A stretch of 64,000 nt of DNA from Macrostomum lignano (Eukaryota). Each line of letters starts with the position of its first letter. Positions within the stretch are counted from its first letter, which is position 1. The stretch is from assembly GCA_002269645.1 (NCBI GenBank), contig NIVC01000905.1:248001-312000 (forward strand), in the 5' to 3' direction. A program made the translations under genes and the position numbers. Shown piece by piece: positions 27,480-41,150 of this stretch. The notes under the pieces are model-generated. The model saw only the letters and a list, made by a program, of their open reading frames with translations. It was not told the origin of the DNA and did no database searches.

Positions 27480-28535
27480 GCACCAGCTCATGTCACAGTG
27501 CTCAACGCTCCTGCTATAGCCGCTCCATTGTTACCAATACCAAATTTTTCCTCTGACCAATCATGGCTGTGGTCGATTTCATTCCTCCCAGGGCCCTGAA
27601 GCTGCCCGAGCTAACCCCCGCCATCACCAGTCCCCAACCATAATGGCGCACCTCCAAGATCGTTTCGATCCCAAAGAAGGGGGCCTCTACCAGCCTTGAA
27701 CACCATGGCCAAGCTGCTAAATGCAGTGCTCCAGCGTAACCGCCTCCTGCCTGGCCTCAATCAGATGCTGCTGAGTCTTCAGAGCGGCTTCCGCCCGGGC
27801 AGGTCCACCCCAAAGCAGGTTGCGACCAACCGCGCCGTCATCGAGGCCTGCAAGACCCGCTAACGTCTTCGCAGACTTCCGCAAGGCGTTCGACTCGGTG
27901 CTCAGGCTTGCGATCGCGCGTGGTTGCTTGTCCTACTACTGCTGTTCCCGCTGCACTGGTAGATGCGGTTATGGACCTGAACACTGATTCCAATGCAGCA
28001 CAACCTCCGGCGTCATGCAGGGCGACAGGCTGCTTCCCCTGCTTTTCATCATGGTTTGTGGATTATGTGCTCCGCCGCTTCCTTCAAGAGGACGACAGCT
28101 ACTTGCTAGTTCCACGCGAAGCTCCTCCAACATCCTGGTGTTCCGCTGCCTGCTCTCGCGTACGCCGATGACAAGGCGCTCTTCAGGGCTCTTCAGGACA
28201 GGGCGCACCCGGTCAACACACAAGACAGAGGGGATGCACGTGGGCACTTGCGCTGCCTAACAGACACGCCATCGCCGTGTGTGGTGAGGACTTCCGGTAC
28301 CTCGGATCGCTATAGCAACGAGTCCGCAGACTCCATCGTCTCCTCCGACAAGAGGAATCAAATCTAGGCGCCCGGCGCACCTGCTCGGTCCGAATGTCTT
28401 CAACTCAGCTGCGAGGGACGGCCTGAAGGTGCGCCTCTTCTGAGCGGCCGTGGAGCCGGTCCTCCTGTACGGCATGGATGCGGTGCAGATGACCGACACA
28501 CGAGACCGAGCCCTCGACGCGCTCTACAGGTCCCT
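27480..28535 (+). mobile_element. Degenerate RTE-like reverse transcriptase fragment
   Basis: Motifs in shifting frames: LQSGFRPGRST, FADFRKAFDSV, GVMQGD.L.PLLF, LAYADD, DFRYLGS, KVRLF*AAVEPVLLYG. Confidence 0.8.
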
Positions 28536-28834
28536 GCAGCTCTCTTATAGACTCTTGTTTGTAATCATTACTAATTACTAATTTACTAATTACTAATTTT
28601 GGGCCAATACGCATTTTGCTTATTGCTAGAGTCTTGAGTCAGCGCTTACCTTTATTTTGCTTTTTATTTATTCATTAGGGAAATAATTAACCCAAGGATT
28701 TACTATATATTATTAAGCTAGACACTGCCTCATTAAATCCTTTTGTTTTGGTAGAGATCGTGGTAGAGGTCTGCTACCGTAACGATTGCATTGAGCATCT
28801 TGAAATCATAGAGTTCACGTTCTCTATATGCTAC

Positions 28835-29011
28835 TCATAGTAGTCTTGCAAGCTGGTACCTTCGGTAGACTCCTGATGAACGCCCACACAAAGTTCCATG
28901 TTCGACTATAGGCGACTCCCCCAGCGAACTCAACCACTTCCAACTTCTCTCTGGCCCCGCAGTCCATCGCACATATCTTGAGTTTCTGAATGCTATTCTA
29001 AGGCTGCGAAA
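28835..29011 (-). other. Exon-like segment with phase-2 acceptor; frameshifted paralog at ~37440-37600
   Basis: TTTCGCAG|C LRIAFRNSRYVRWTAGPERSWKWLSSLGESPIVEHGTLCGRSSGVYRR; GE.P.VE.G.L.GRSS..YR shared with the 37.5-kb copy. Confidence 0.35.
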
Positions 29012-29315
29012 CGTAAAAGAGACCAAATGTATGTTTTCTGATGACGTGTCATGTGTCACGACTTTGCTGTGTCACGTAAAATCATTTTTATTTAAAAACA
29101 GAGCGAAAACTGAAAACGCCTTTAGTTAATAAAGAGTTTTAGATATTTTAAGAAAAAAAAGAAAATTTGTTTAAAACTAAAACAAATTCTTGTTCAGAAA
29201 ATAAAGTTTTTCAAAAGATGTTTTTAAGCCAATATGTCAGAGATGAATATACAAGTAAAGTGTCATGAACAGGTTTTAATCGACATCTGAAGAATTCAAA
29301 AGTGGTCACAGCTTC

Positions 29316-29479
29316 TCAGTGCCTGCAGCAACACCTTCCTTCTCTCCAAGCAGCCCTATCAACACATTGCGGTTAAAATTTAGTCGCTATTGACTGCTGA
29401 GAGTGAATGTAATTACTGACTTCTGTACTTACCGACAATTGCCGCATAAAATACCCCACGGACAGCATGGTGTCAACAT
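29316..29479 (-). CDS. CCH-7: 28-aa single-module micropeptide, 2 exons
   Basis: Exons 29479-29433 and 29355-29316; 77-nt GTAAGT..TTGATAG phase-2 intron; MLTPCCPWGILCGNCRAAWREGRCCCRH*. Confidence 0.75.
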
Positions 29480-30171
29480 AGTTTCGGCGCGTAACGTCAG
29501 TTTAAAAGAAATTAACGAAATCTATTTCCATAAAAAGTAAGAAAGCCTAGTCGAAGGCTGTGGCTCATTAAATGCATCATCTGTACATGTAGACGTCATT
29601 CCCAGAACTGTTATCCCAGAACCTTCTGTTCTACACGGTTCTACCCTGTTCTCAGCAGAGATCTCATCCATTCTAGGTGGGTTGAAAATTATGTATTCTG
29701 TCCACCTGCCCCCCCCCCACTACTCGTACCTTTCACCGAAATTTGCTGTGCATCTGAGCGAATCAATGCAAATCAGAGTCGAGTATTTGCTAGTTAGCCT
29801 GTTGGTTTGTTAATTTTACTGGATTGGAAATCCTTTATCGTTTGTTCAATGCATAGTGCAGCTGTACACGAAGTAGATGTACTGTACATAGTATAAGACT
29901 CATGTCCATCGTAGCTAGCTAATATACTCGTAAATTCCACAATGGCGATACTCGTAGTACGCAGCGAAACCGAAAATGACGAACTATAAATAATATCAAT
30001 GCCTGTGCTAAGTTAAGACGATGAGGTACTTCACAGTTTATTGTACTCAGCGACTGCATGTAGTGTATGCGTAGTAAGTAGGACTACAATGTAAATGGCT
30101 TTAGTGGATCTAAGATCTATAGATTAGATCTATAGATTAGATTAGATTAATCTATAGATTCATGTTCTAAC

Positions 30172-30445
30172 CACTAGGCTAAGGGTTGTAGCCTCGGGCT
30201 CACGACTTGAAGGTCGGGGGTTCGATTCCCGATCTCACTGGAACAATTTGTGTCCTTGAGCAAGACACTTAACTCTTGCATTGCTTCAGTTCACTCAGCT
30301 GTAAAATTGGTGCCAGCATTAGCTGGGGTAATTGAGGGTGTGTGGCGACCCCCCGCCAGTCCTTGGACTGAACAGCCGTACGCAGCCTTCAGATGGGCCG
30401 CCAATTGGAGCAGGTGTAATCAATTATTAATATTATTATTTAAAT
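30172..30445 (+). mobile_element. tRNA-derived SINE with CORE-like segment
   Basis: GGTTCGATTCCC B-box, TGTGTCCTTGAGCAAGACACTTAAC, AT-rich tail. Confidence 0.82.
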
Positions 30446-30726
30446 TAAATTAACGCCCAATTAACAACGTACTGTTTCTCTTTGTCAGTTTCTAAAACAG
30501 AATCTAATACTTTCTTAATCAAATTATAGAATTAGGTATCAGCTGGTTCAATATCATTATGGAAATATCCATCGAAACACGATTTAAACATTGGTCTAAT
30601 GACAATCGAATTCCAAGTCCAAATGGAAGATGCTACTGATTAAGCAAAACTCATTGATACATGTTCAGCATAGACTACGATCATGTTCTCTGCGTAAACT
30701 AAACCTTCAGATCTTTCAAATTGACT

Positions 30727-31308
30727 TCACAGCATAAAAACAACAACCGACAACACAGCTGCACCAGCAGCAGCCGCAGAAACCAGATGAACTCTTCCCC
30801 AATGTACGCAGCAGCAACTTCCGAATGTCACAGCGATTCTGAATGGTGTAGAAATGTAGAAATAATAATATTGACTGACTGACTGACTGACTGACTGACT
30901 GACTGACTGACTGACTGACTGACTGACTGACTGACTGACTGACTGACTGACTGACTGACTGACTGACTGACTGACTGACTGACTGACCGACTGACTGACT
31001 GACTGACTGACTGACTGACTGACTGACTGACTGACTGACTGACTGACTGACTGACTGACTGACTGACTGACTGACTGACTGACTGACTGACTGACTGACT
31101 GACTGACTGACTGACTGACTGACTGACTGACTGACTGACTGACTGACTGACTGACTGACTGACTGACTGACTGACTGACTGACTGACTGACTGACTGACT
31201 GACTGACTGACTGACTGACTGACTGACTGACTGACTGACTGACTGACTGACTGACTGCCTGACTGACTGTTAGACTGACTGACTGACTGACTGACTGACT
31301 GACTGACT

Positions 31309-31351
<43 letters not shown>

Positions 31352-31924
31352 TGACTGACTGACCGACTGACTGACTGACTGACCGACTGACTGACTGACT
31401 GACTGACTGACTGACCGACTGACTGACTGACTGACTGACTGACTGACTGACTGACTGACTGACTGACTGACTGACTGACTGACTGACTGACTGACTGACT
31501 GACTGACTGACTGACTGACTGACTGACTGACTGACTGACTGACTGACTGACTGACTGACTGCCTGACTGACTGTTAGACTGACTGACTGACTGACTGACT
31601 GACTGACTGACTGACTGACTGACTGACTGCCTGACTGACTGTTAGACTGACTGACTGACTGACTGACTGACTGACTGACTGACTGACTGACTGACTGCCT
31701 GACTGACTGTTAGACTGACTGACTGACTGACTGACTGACTGACTGACTGACTGACTGACTGACTGCCTGACTGACTGTTAGACTGACTGACTGACTGACT
31801 GACTGACTGACTGACTGACTGACTGAATTAACGCCACCATGTACGCTCGTAGTAGCAGAAAAGTATCAGCAGCAAAAACTTACACGCACAATGGACAAAG
31901 AGGAATAGGGCAAGCGCAGAACAT
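30727..31924 (-). CDS. CCH-8: 50-aa module + C-terminal hydrophobic tail, 2 exons
   Basis: Exons 31924-31884 and 30838-30727; phase-2 intron containing (GACT)n; MFCACPIPLCPLCVIAVTFGSCCCVHWGRVHLVSAAAAGAAVLSVVVFML*. Confidence 0.72.
30874..31825. repeat. (GACT)n microsatellite, ~950 bp
   Basis: Direct observation; periodic GCCTGACTGACTGTTAG interruptions. Confidence 0.97.
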
Positions 31925-32224
31925 TCGCTCTTTACTCTTTTAAACTGGCTGTATAACAAATATCTGAGTTTTACTGCTCTTTGGTAATTTAATAGCAAGC
32001 GCTTTATGTTGTAAGCCATCTCTGGGAAGATTATTTTTGTTGCAGACGCTTTGAACAACAATAGACTCAAGCAGCTCAAACAGTTTCCAGCTTCCAGAAC
32101 AAGGTAGTAGCCTGTCTATGCCATTCGATGGGTCCGATACAAGCTTAAGGATTTGCATCTTCCTGGCTTCATACCCCTGACTGACATCGATTTCAATAGA
32201 AATCAAGTCGGGATTGTAGATTAG

Positions 32225-32500
32225 TAGTTAGCACGACGACTGAAAGGTCGGAGGTTCGATTCTAAAACCACTCGGAACAATTTGTGTCCTTGAGCAAGAC
32301 ACATTACTCTGCATTGCGTCAGTTCACCCAGCTGTAAAATTGGTGCCAGCATTAGCTGGGGTAATTGAGGGTGTGTGTGGTGATCAGCCAGTCCTTGGAC
32401 TGAACAGCCGTACGCAGCCTTCAGATGCGCCGCGCAATAGCTGCGGCTGAGCTGTCGGTTGCACATCTGCTCATTGTGGCAGGTGTAATCATTTATTATT
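32225..32500 (+). mobile_element. tRNA-derived SINE copy
   Basis: Homologous to the 30172 and 18632 copies. Confidence 0.8.
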
Positions 32501-32524
32501 TTATCGATCACTATTAATAATGGC

Positions 32525-33598
<1,074 letters not shown>

Positions 33599-33781
33599 TC
33601 AGCGAGTGCCTGCAGTGCATAGTAAGTAGGACTACAATGTAAGACTTTAGTGAGCATTAAAAATATTTGATAGAAATATATGGATTCATATCATTTTATT
33701 TATTTTAATCTTAAATTAACGCACCTAATCTAAAAAACTTACAGTTTGTCTTCATCAGTTTCTAAAACGTAACTCGTAGAT

Positions 33782-35252
33782 GGGCCGTATGCGAAAGCTC
33801 TGTCTAGGGTAGTCCGGTCTTGAAAAGCTAGTCTGGACTCGGATTTGGTATGCAGAAACACAAATTTAGACCGGTCTAGCATAGAAAAACTACCCTAGTT
33901 CTGTCTATGGTAGTTTAGTCTTACTTTGGTATGCATAAAAGCTTTGACTAGTTAGCCTGGACTAGACAAAACCTAGCCTGCTCTAGAGCTGTCTTAATAG
34001 CTAATTTTGTATTGCCTACGCCCTTAGACGATTGAAAGAAATGAATATTTTGGTTGCGATAGATTTAGTTCAGCGAGACCTGCGTCGACAACGCATATTT
34101 CGTGATCGGTTGGAGCCACTTCAACAATTCTCGGAGGTTGAAATTAAAAGGCTGTTTCGGTTTGAACCTAGATCACTTCTAATACTTGTGGAGCTTGTCG
34201 AGACAGATCTCGAACGGACGACAATGCGTAACAGAAGCCTGACTCCCATGCTACAGCTGTGCCTGACACTATCTTATCTCGGCACTGGAAGCTTTCAGCA
34301 GAACCTGTCTGCTCTTGGACGTATCGACTAAAGCACCATGTCCCGCTGCTACTGGGGAGTGGTCAGGATACTGAATCTCCGCTTGAATAACATCCGCTAT
34401 CCAGAGCCAGGTGTTGAGCGGACGCGAGTGTCAACAGGGTTTAATCAAATTAGTCAACTGGCAGATGTAATCGGTGCTATCGACTGTACGCATGTACGAA
34501 TTCAAAGGCCATCTGATGAGAACTTTCCAGATGAATTCATTAATCGTAAAAACTACCACTCTATTAACGTCCAAGCAGTCTACGATGCGAGATACTTCTT
34601 TCTCGAAATAACTGCTCAATGGCCTGGTTCGGTCCATGACTCGAGAATATTTCGCAACAGTTTTCTTTTCGGATCGCTTCTAGACGCCCAATCGGAGGGC
34701 TATCTAGTCGGAGATTCTGGATACCGACTCTACGAACGATTTTCTACTCACTCCATATCAAAACCCAGAGGGCCGAAGCCGAAGCAGAAGCCGAATGTCC
34801 TTGTAGAACGTCAAGAAGAACTGTTTCGTAGTCTGTTGTCGCTGACATTTCAGAAGAATACGCATATGCACAGAGAACCAGTATAGAAACGGTTAAGTTA
34901 GCGACCCAGTATATAAACAGAAAGCATTTACAGGGGTTTGGACCATAGAACAAAAAAATTCATTAAAACTAGGCGCTAAAGTTGGGCGCTCTGTCTAGCT
35001 TAGACTAGTATAGTATAGCCTAGACTAATCTCGGTAGTCGCGACTAGCTTTTGTGCATACCGATTTGAAGCCCCTAGACAAAACTACCCAGTCCGGACTA
35101 GCTAGTCTGGACTAAGCTTTCTGCATACGGCCAAGGACAACTTGATAACTCAGGACCGGAAACGAGCCAATTCATGGCGAAAAAAGTATGAGGCTCGTTT
35201 AAAAGCATTGTTCTATGGCCTTGTCCTTGACAAGTTGTCCTTGATACGGCCC
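33782..35252 (+). mobile_element. PIF/Harbinger DNA transposon, defective and composite
   Basis: Transposase 34032-34886 with in-frame TAA at 34329 and truncated C-terminus (GAIDCTHVRI, NRKNYHSINVQ, WPGSVHDSRIF, GDSGY); termini GGGCCGTAT...ATACGGCCC; inner end GCATACGGCC at 35123-35132; no second (Myb/SANT) ORF. Confidence 0.85.
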
Positions 35253-35830
35253 AATAGCTATCTAAAACATTTTCGTTGTGAGGAGTAACAGTTCTGGGAG
35301 AAAATGAAGTTTAGACTTTCTTAACTATTTCGAAATAGGTCAGACTATCAGCTATACTCGTAGAAATATACTCAGCAACATTGCAAAGTCGCCACTAAAA
35401 GTCACCAGTGAGCAATTTCTCTTGTACTATTCTGAAATAATATGCGAGATGCGAGAAAACTGATCGGTCTTAATTCCGTCCAACCCTCGCACACCGCAAT
35501 CCATCTGTTGCGTGGCGTAGCTGAGTTGCGTCACTCGCAAAGATTGACAGACTTTACCTGCACTCTCAAAAGTGGCGACTACAGACGGAATCTTCTGTGA
35601 TGGCGACTTTTCAATGTTGCTGAGTTGTTCAAGTCGTATTCAAAGAAACACGATTTAAATATAGGCCCAATAATAGCAATTCATTTTCAAGTTCAAACGG
35701 AAGACGCTTCGCTTCTGATTAAGCAAAACTCATTAACACAATAATAGATACAACCAATAGGACCATGTATTGCACGTAATAAGATCATGCTCTCTGTGTG
35801 CACTAAGACTTCCGACCATTCAAATTGATG

Positions 35831-36084
35831 TCACAGTGTGAGTGCAACGACCGACAGCACAGCTGCACCAGCAGCAACCACAGAAAACATATGAACTCTT
35901 CTTCGCCAATGTACGCAGCAGCAACTTCCGGCTATCTTGGCCGCCCTGAGTAAATTTAATATACAGAATAAAACGGTCGACTGATTCGATAACGCCGCTC
36001 TTTATTAAAAGAAGAAATTTCAGCACTAGAAACTTACCAGCAAATCGGACAAAATAACAATGGACGACGGCAAATGCAGACCAT
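35831..36084 (-). CDS. CCH-9: 53-aa module + hydrophobic tail, 2 exons
   Basis: Exons 36084-36038 and 35945-35831; 92-nt phase-2 intron; MVCICRRPLLFCPICWAAKIAGSCCCVHWRRRVHMFSVVAAGAAVLSVVALTL*. Confidence 0.75.
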
Positions 36085-36569
36085 TTGGTCTTTATTCGTT
36101 TAAACTGACAATGTAAAAAATTGCTACTTGTTTGATAATTTGTTAAACCACATTGGCCCACAGTAACCTTTATGTTGCCAATTATCTCTAAAAAATCTCG
36201 CTATTTTGGTTCCAAACGTTTCGAACAGCAATAGCCTCAAGCAGAACGTTTTTTCAGAACAAGGTAGTACTCTAAGGTGGTACACTACCTGTACGAGAGT
36301 AGGAGGTAGACTGTGTTTCTGTAGCTCTGGTGGGAGATGAAAGAAGCTAAATGATATTCATTTCATTGTGCCACAACCTCGAATTGGCAACGCTTTCAAT
36401 AAAATTCAAAGCATGACAAACATTTACGCTCATAAGCACGGACGCAAAAAGAGCGCTCGACGCTATATAGAAGGGGGATTTAAGGATGTAAGACAGCTTG
36501 TTGGGAATGGCCATTTTTAATATCTTATTAGGGGCGCCATACAATATAGCTTATCAATATGAATATGAC

Positions 36570-36785
36570 TGTCTGATCCTGATCCTGATTCTTCTGGTCC
36601 TGACTCTCTGGTCCTGACTCTTCTGATCCTGACTCTTCTGGTCCTGACTCTTCTGGTCCTGACTCTTCTGGTCCTGACTCTTCTGGTCCTGACTCTTCTG
36701 GTCCTGACTCTTCTGGTCCTGACTCTTCTGGTCCTGACTCTTCTGGTCCTGACTCTTCTGGTCCTGACTCTTCTGGTCCTGACTT
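36570..36785. repeat. 15-bp minisatellite (TCCTGACTCTTCTGG)n
   Basis: Direct observation. Confidence 0.95.
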
Positions 36786-36794
36786 TACTTGACT

Positions 36795-37345
36795 TAGCTG
36801 CAGGGGGCTCCGTGCGTCCGGAAACAGCGAGGAGGCGTTGCCGCCCATTTCGCTAACCCCTGGCGACCACGGGCAGCTAGTGCTGCGCTGTTGCGCAGAG
36901 AGTTCCGGTGGCGCCAGTGTCCGCAGCGCGGTCCCCCTCCGGAGAGTCCAGGAGGTGGATTGTCGCTCGCCCGGTAGCCCTTAGGTAGCTGACGAGCTGG
37001 CAGAGATTCTCGGCCTGAAAACGTCGAAGAGGTCCGGGTTTGGGCCGAGGTAGTTGAGCCTGTCCTGAGTAAAGGCGGGGCATTCACAGATGAAGTGCTC
37101 CGCATTCTCGACACCGGAGAGGCAGAAAGGGCATTCCTCACTGCGGATTTTCTCCTGGGGGTAGCGATGCCTAGCAAAGCAGCCATGACCCGAGAAAGCC
37201 ATGGTCACCGCCCTGATGTCCCCGCGGTTGAGTCCAGGCAGGTCCCTGCGCAGGGCGGAGGAAGGACAGGGACAGTCGCGCGGGATTGCCGGCAGTCGGG
37301 GCGTTAGCCTACCTCTCCCTGTGCTTTGAAGCCACCCACTGGTTG
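36795..37345 (-). mobile_element. Second 5'-truncated copy of the I/R1-like LINE 3' end
   Basis: [24 protein letters not shown]; high similarity to 32620-33130. Confidence 0.85.
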
Positions 37346-37977
37346 ATCCGAGTGGTGAAAACTCTGGTCCTGACTGTTCTGATCCTGATTCTCTCGGATC
37401 CTTTCTCGTAATGAACATCTGTAAATTATACGAGTATCTCTCATGTTCTACTTCGATAGATATCCGATGAACGCCCATGCAAAATCCCATCTTCAACTAC
37501 AGGCAACTCTCCTGGACCTCTCCTGTCTCGTTTGAGTGGAAAACGACGGTTGCGGCCCCACAGTCCATCTCCAATTCCACGAGTTCCGACTCTCCGGCTA
37601 ACAAACGCAAAGAACGAATGCCGATACATGTACTTTTTTTTCTGATAGCTGGAATGAACTTTTTGGTGCGTCTCGTAAAACCTTTTTTTATTTAAGTGGG
37701 CAATAAAAAACAAATTTAGCTCGTATTCAAAACAGGGGATTTAATTAATATTTTGTTAAACAGTTTAAAAAAAATTAAAATTTGAAATTAAAAATTAAAG
37801 TTTTGTTGTAAAAACTAAAAATAAAAAAAATAGTTTTGAGCCAAGATGTAAAAGATAAATACGAGTATACCAATAGATTTTCAGGAACACTAATACGAGC
37901 CTACGATCCAAACATTGTTCAATCGACTTCCTCACGAAGTTAGAAGTGGACACAGCGGCAGCGGCATCAAATGCTGC

Positions 37978-38141
37978 TCAGTGCCTACAGCAGCACCTTC
38001 CTTGGCTCCAAGCAATCCTATAAACACATTGCGATTAAAGTGTAGTCGATACTGTCTGCTGAGAGTAAATGAAATTGCTGACTTCTGTACTTACCAACAA
38101 AAAGGACAGAAAATACCCAACGGGCAGCAATTTGACGCCAT
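37978..38141 (-). CDS. CCH-10: 28-aa single-module micropeptide, 2 exons
   Basis: Exons 38141-38095 and 38017-37978; 77-nt phase-2 intron; MASNCCPLGIFCPFCWIAWSQGRCCCRH*; synonymous Cys codon swaps versus CCH-7. Confidence 0.78.
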
Positions 38142-39182
38142 ATAGTCTCAGTGCGAGTTGTGAGTTTTAAAATAAATTAGAGAAATATCAACTTACTCAA
38201 AAAGTAAAAAACCCACCCAGAGGCTGTGCTTCATTAAATGTATCATCTGTCCATGAAGACGTCATTACAGTATTGGAACGCCAGGACCTTCCATTCTAAA
38301 TGGATCTACCCTGTTCTAAACAGAGATCTCATCCATTCTTTGTGGACTGAAAATTATAATTCTAACCAACCATCTGCCCTCTAATCGTACCTTACACTGA
38401 AATTTGCTCTGCATCTGGGCGAATCGATTCAACTCAGAGATGGAGTATTCGCTAGTTTATCTGTTAGTTTGTAATTAAAAACTGAAAGTTGATGACAAAA
38501 AAGTTGTAATTGTAGTAAACGTTCGACCAAGCATCTTAACTGAACGTTACTAGCAGGGACAACTTAAACTACCGGGACGCGAAACAAGCCAAATCATGGC
38601 GAAAAAGTTGTACCTGGTTACTAGTTTTACTATAAATCCGTATACTTGTAGGAAGTGCTTTACGATTCAACAATACTTCAAAATACCCTTTCGTAACGAA
38701 GCTATAGTGTATATACAAATGGGTATTTCTACAGAGTTAGACATTAAGTATTGCTTGTAATTAAGCATAGATTGGAAATCCCTAATCGGGGTGTACTATG
38801 CACAGTACAGCTATAAATGTACATTTTAGTATACGCTCGTAAGTCTCCTTTCTATTGTACGAGCATAGCTAGCTAATGTACAAGTAAGTTCCACTATGGC
38901 TACTAGCTGAAGTATGCAGCGAAACCGAAAACGTTGAACTAAAATAGAACCCAACGCCTGTGCTAAGTATAGATCAGCGATTAGGTACTTTCCAGTTTGT
39001 AGTCTGTGAGAGCATGCAGCGTATCTTAATTACATGTATCTATCGAAACATCATTTATATGTAGGCCAAATTACATTTAAATGAAATGAAATATGCTTCT
39101 GATTTAACAAAACTCATTGATACTCTATTAGTTGTACGCATAGTTTTCTGTGGGCTCTGCGAGCACTGAGACTTCAAAATTT

Positions 39183-39312
39183 TCAAATTGACGTCAAAAT
39201 ACCAGTGCAACAAGAAACAAGCTCAGCTGCTGCTACAGCAACCGCAAAAATCCGATGAATACTTCTTAGCCAATAATGTACGCAGCAGCAACTTCCGGCT
39301 CTCCTGGCCTGT
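39183..39312 (-). pseudogene. CCH-11: orphan last exon of the hydrophobic-tail type
   Basis: QARRAGSCCCVHYWLRSIHRIFAVAVAAAELVSCCTGILTSI*; 1-nt insertion versus CCH-8/9; a LINE sits where exon 1 should be. Confidence 0.55.
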
Positions 39313-39424
39313 CTTAGTAGTGTACGAAAAATAATGACTGACTGACTGACTTGAGTGAGTGAGTGAGTGAGTGACTGACTGACTGACTTGAGTGAGTGGG
39401 TGACTGACTGACTGACTGTCACTC

Positions 39425-40935
39425 ACTCACTGACTGTGAGGGACGGAGGGTGGGGACGTCCCAGCTGGGCCCAACCCCTCGGGGCAGGGCCGACTGGAGA
39501 CGGACCCCCTGCCCAGGCGGCTGGCTGCTCCAGGGCATTGGGCCAGTCTGAAGCGGAGGACCCCGTGGCCGGCTGGCGAAGGGCGGCGAACGCTGCCTAC
39601 TGCCTTCCGACCAATCGGGGGCCTTTTGCTGAAGAGGAGCCCATGGACACCGGCGACCCCGACCCGAAGCTGGTGAGCGCCGAGGAGGAGGAGGAACTCC
39701 TGGCGACTGCAACACCCGATCTGCACTGATGCCAGCGGCTACCTGGTATCTGCAGATCAACACCCAGCACTGCGTGGCGGGCGTCAGTCAACCTGATGCG
39801 CACGACAGAGCAACAGCTTCCGGGCCTGGTCTTCGTGCAGGAGCCCTGGATGACTAAAGGTAAGCCAAATAATGTGCCATCTGGCTACCCCTGTTTTTGC
39901 ATGGCGGACTCTCAGCGTCGCCCAAGATCTCTGGTCTTTGCTGCAAAAGCTTTTGAGGCATGGATGAGACCTGATCTCTCGACTTGGGACATCTGTGTTG
40001 TTCAAATCAATAGCTTCATTCCAAATAAACCTGTGCTGGTAGCATCTGCCTATTTCCCAGGCGATGCCCCAGTAGTCTGCGACGCGCTAGTCAGCCTCAT
40101 TGACTACGCCGCGTCCCGTCGGTCGAGCTGTTCATTGCAGGGGATGTGAACGCACACCACCTGCATTGGGGCAGCAAGAACACCAATAACAGAGGCGAGG
40201 AGCTGCTGGCCTACGTCAGCAGCACAAACCTCAATTTCTGTAACGTGGGAAATGCACCAACGTTCAATAACGGGCGGTGGGCCGAAGTCATCGACACCAC
40301 CATCGCCTCACCCGGACTGCTCTCCGCAGTTACGGGCTGGCGAGTGTGGGACGAGGACTCGCTCTCGGACCACCGCTTTATCCGTTTTTGCATTGGGCCG
40401 ACCAAGCAAAAGCCTAAGGTCACTTGGAGTCGGAACGTCAGGAATACCGATTGGGCCGCCTTTGGCTCGAAGCTGAGCCGTGGCCTTCGGGATCTTGACC
40501 CCCCCCCCAGTGACCTCTCAGACTGCCAGGTGGTGGATGATCTCGCCTCCTCCCTGGGCCACTGCATTTGAAGCAGCCTGTCCTCTAAAAGCCTACAAAG
40601 GCAAGAAATCTGCTCCCTGGTGGAACCCAGAGCTCGGGGCCCTTCGGCGCCGAGCCAGGACCCTCCAAAGGCGAGCGCTCAAAACCAAAGACCCTTCTGA
40701 TAGCGAGGCCTATACCCGTGCGATCCACGAGTTTAAGGGCCAAGTCAGAAGGGCCAAGACGGCCAAGTGGCGCCAATATTGCGAAGGGCTTGAGGGCTCT
40801 CGCCCCGTAGCCCGCGTGGTTAAGGCAATCACTAATGACCGTTTTTCTAAACTCTCTGTTGTGAAGAGACCTGATGGCTCGGTCACAGAGAGCTCTGAAG
40901 AGAATCTAGAGCTAATGCTCAACAGTTTCTTCCCT
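39425..40935 (+). mobile_element. LINE 5' portion (APE endonuclease and linker), frameshifted, 3'-truncated
   Basis: FVQEPW, SAYFP, NAHHLHWGSKNTNNRGEELL, GNAPTF, SDHRFIRF, PWWNPELGALRR across three ORFs. Confidence 0.85.
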
Positions 40936-40989
40936 AAATCCCCGACACAAGACGTTAGAAGCGGTCACAGTAGCGGCGGAAAATACTGA

Positions 40990-41150
40990 TCAGTGATTGC
41001 AGCAGCACCTTCCTTCGCTCCAAGCAATCCTATCAACAAATTACGCTACAACATAGTGGATATTGACTGCTGAGAGTCAAAGTAATTACTGACTTGCTTA
41101 CTCACTAACAACGAGGGGCAGAAAATACCCCACGGGTAGCATGGTGTCAG
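40990..41150 (-). pseudogene. CCH-12: micropeptide copy with altered exon 1
   Basis: Last exon 41029-40990 intact (IAWSEGRCCCNH*); exon 1 lost the family ATG and gained 1 nt (LTPCYPWGIFCPSLL); a shifted ATG at 41142 with donor at 41101 would give MLPVGYFLPLVVSEIAWSEGRCCCNH*. Confidence 0.6.

Noticed and set aside
29035-29070. CTGATGA followed by a short stem (hammerhead ribozyme candidate)
   Set aside because: Required GAAA after stem II is absent (GACT) and no stems I/III found
30721-30838. Alternative frame FCGCCWCSCVVGCC (defensin/hepcidin-like) in CCH-8/9/11
   Set aside because: Does not fit the phase-2 donor of the ATG exon in either intact copy and has a stop in the third; largely an artefact of Ala codons read out of frame
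36528-36848. ESGPE-repeat ORF
   Set aside because: Translation of a 15-bp minisatellite
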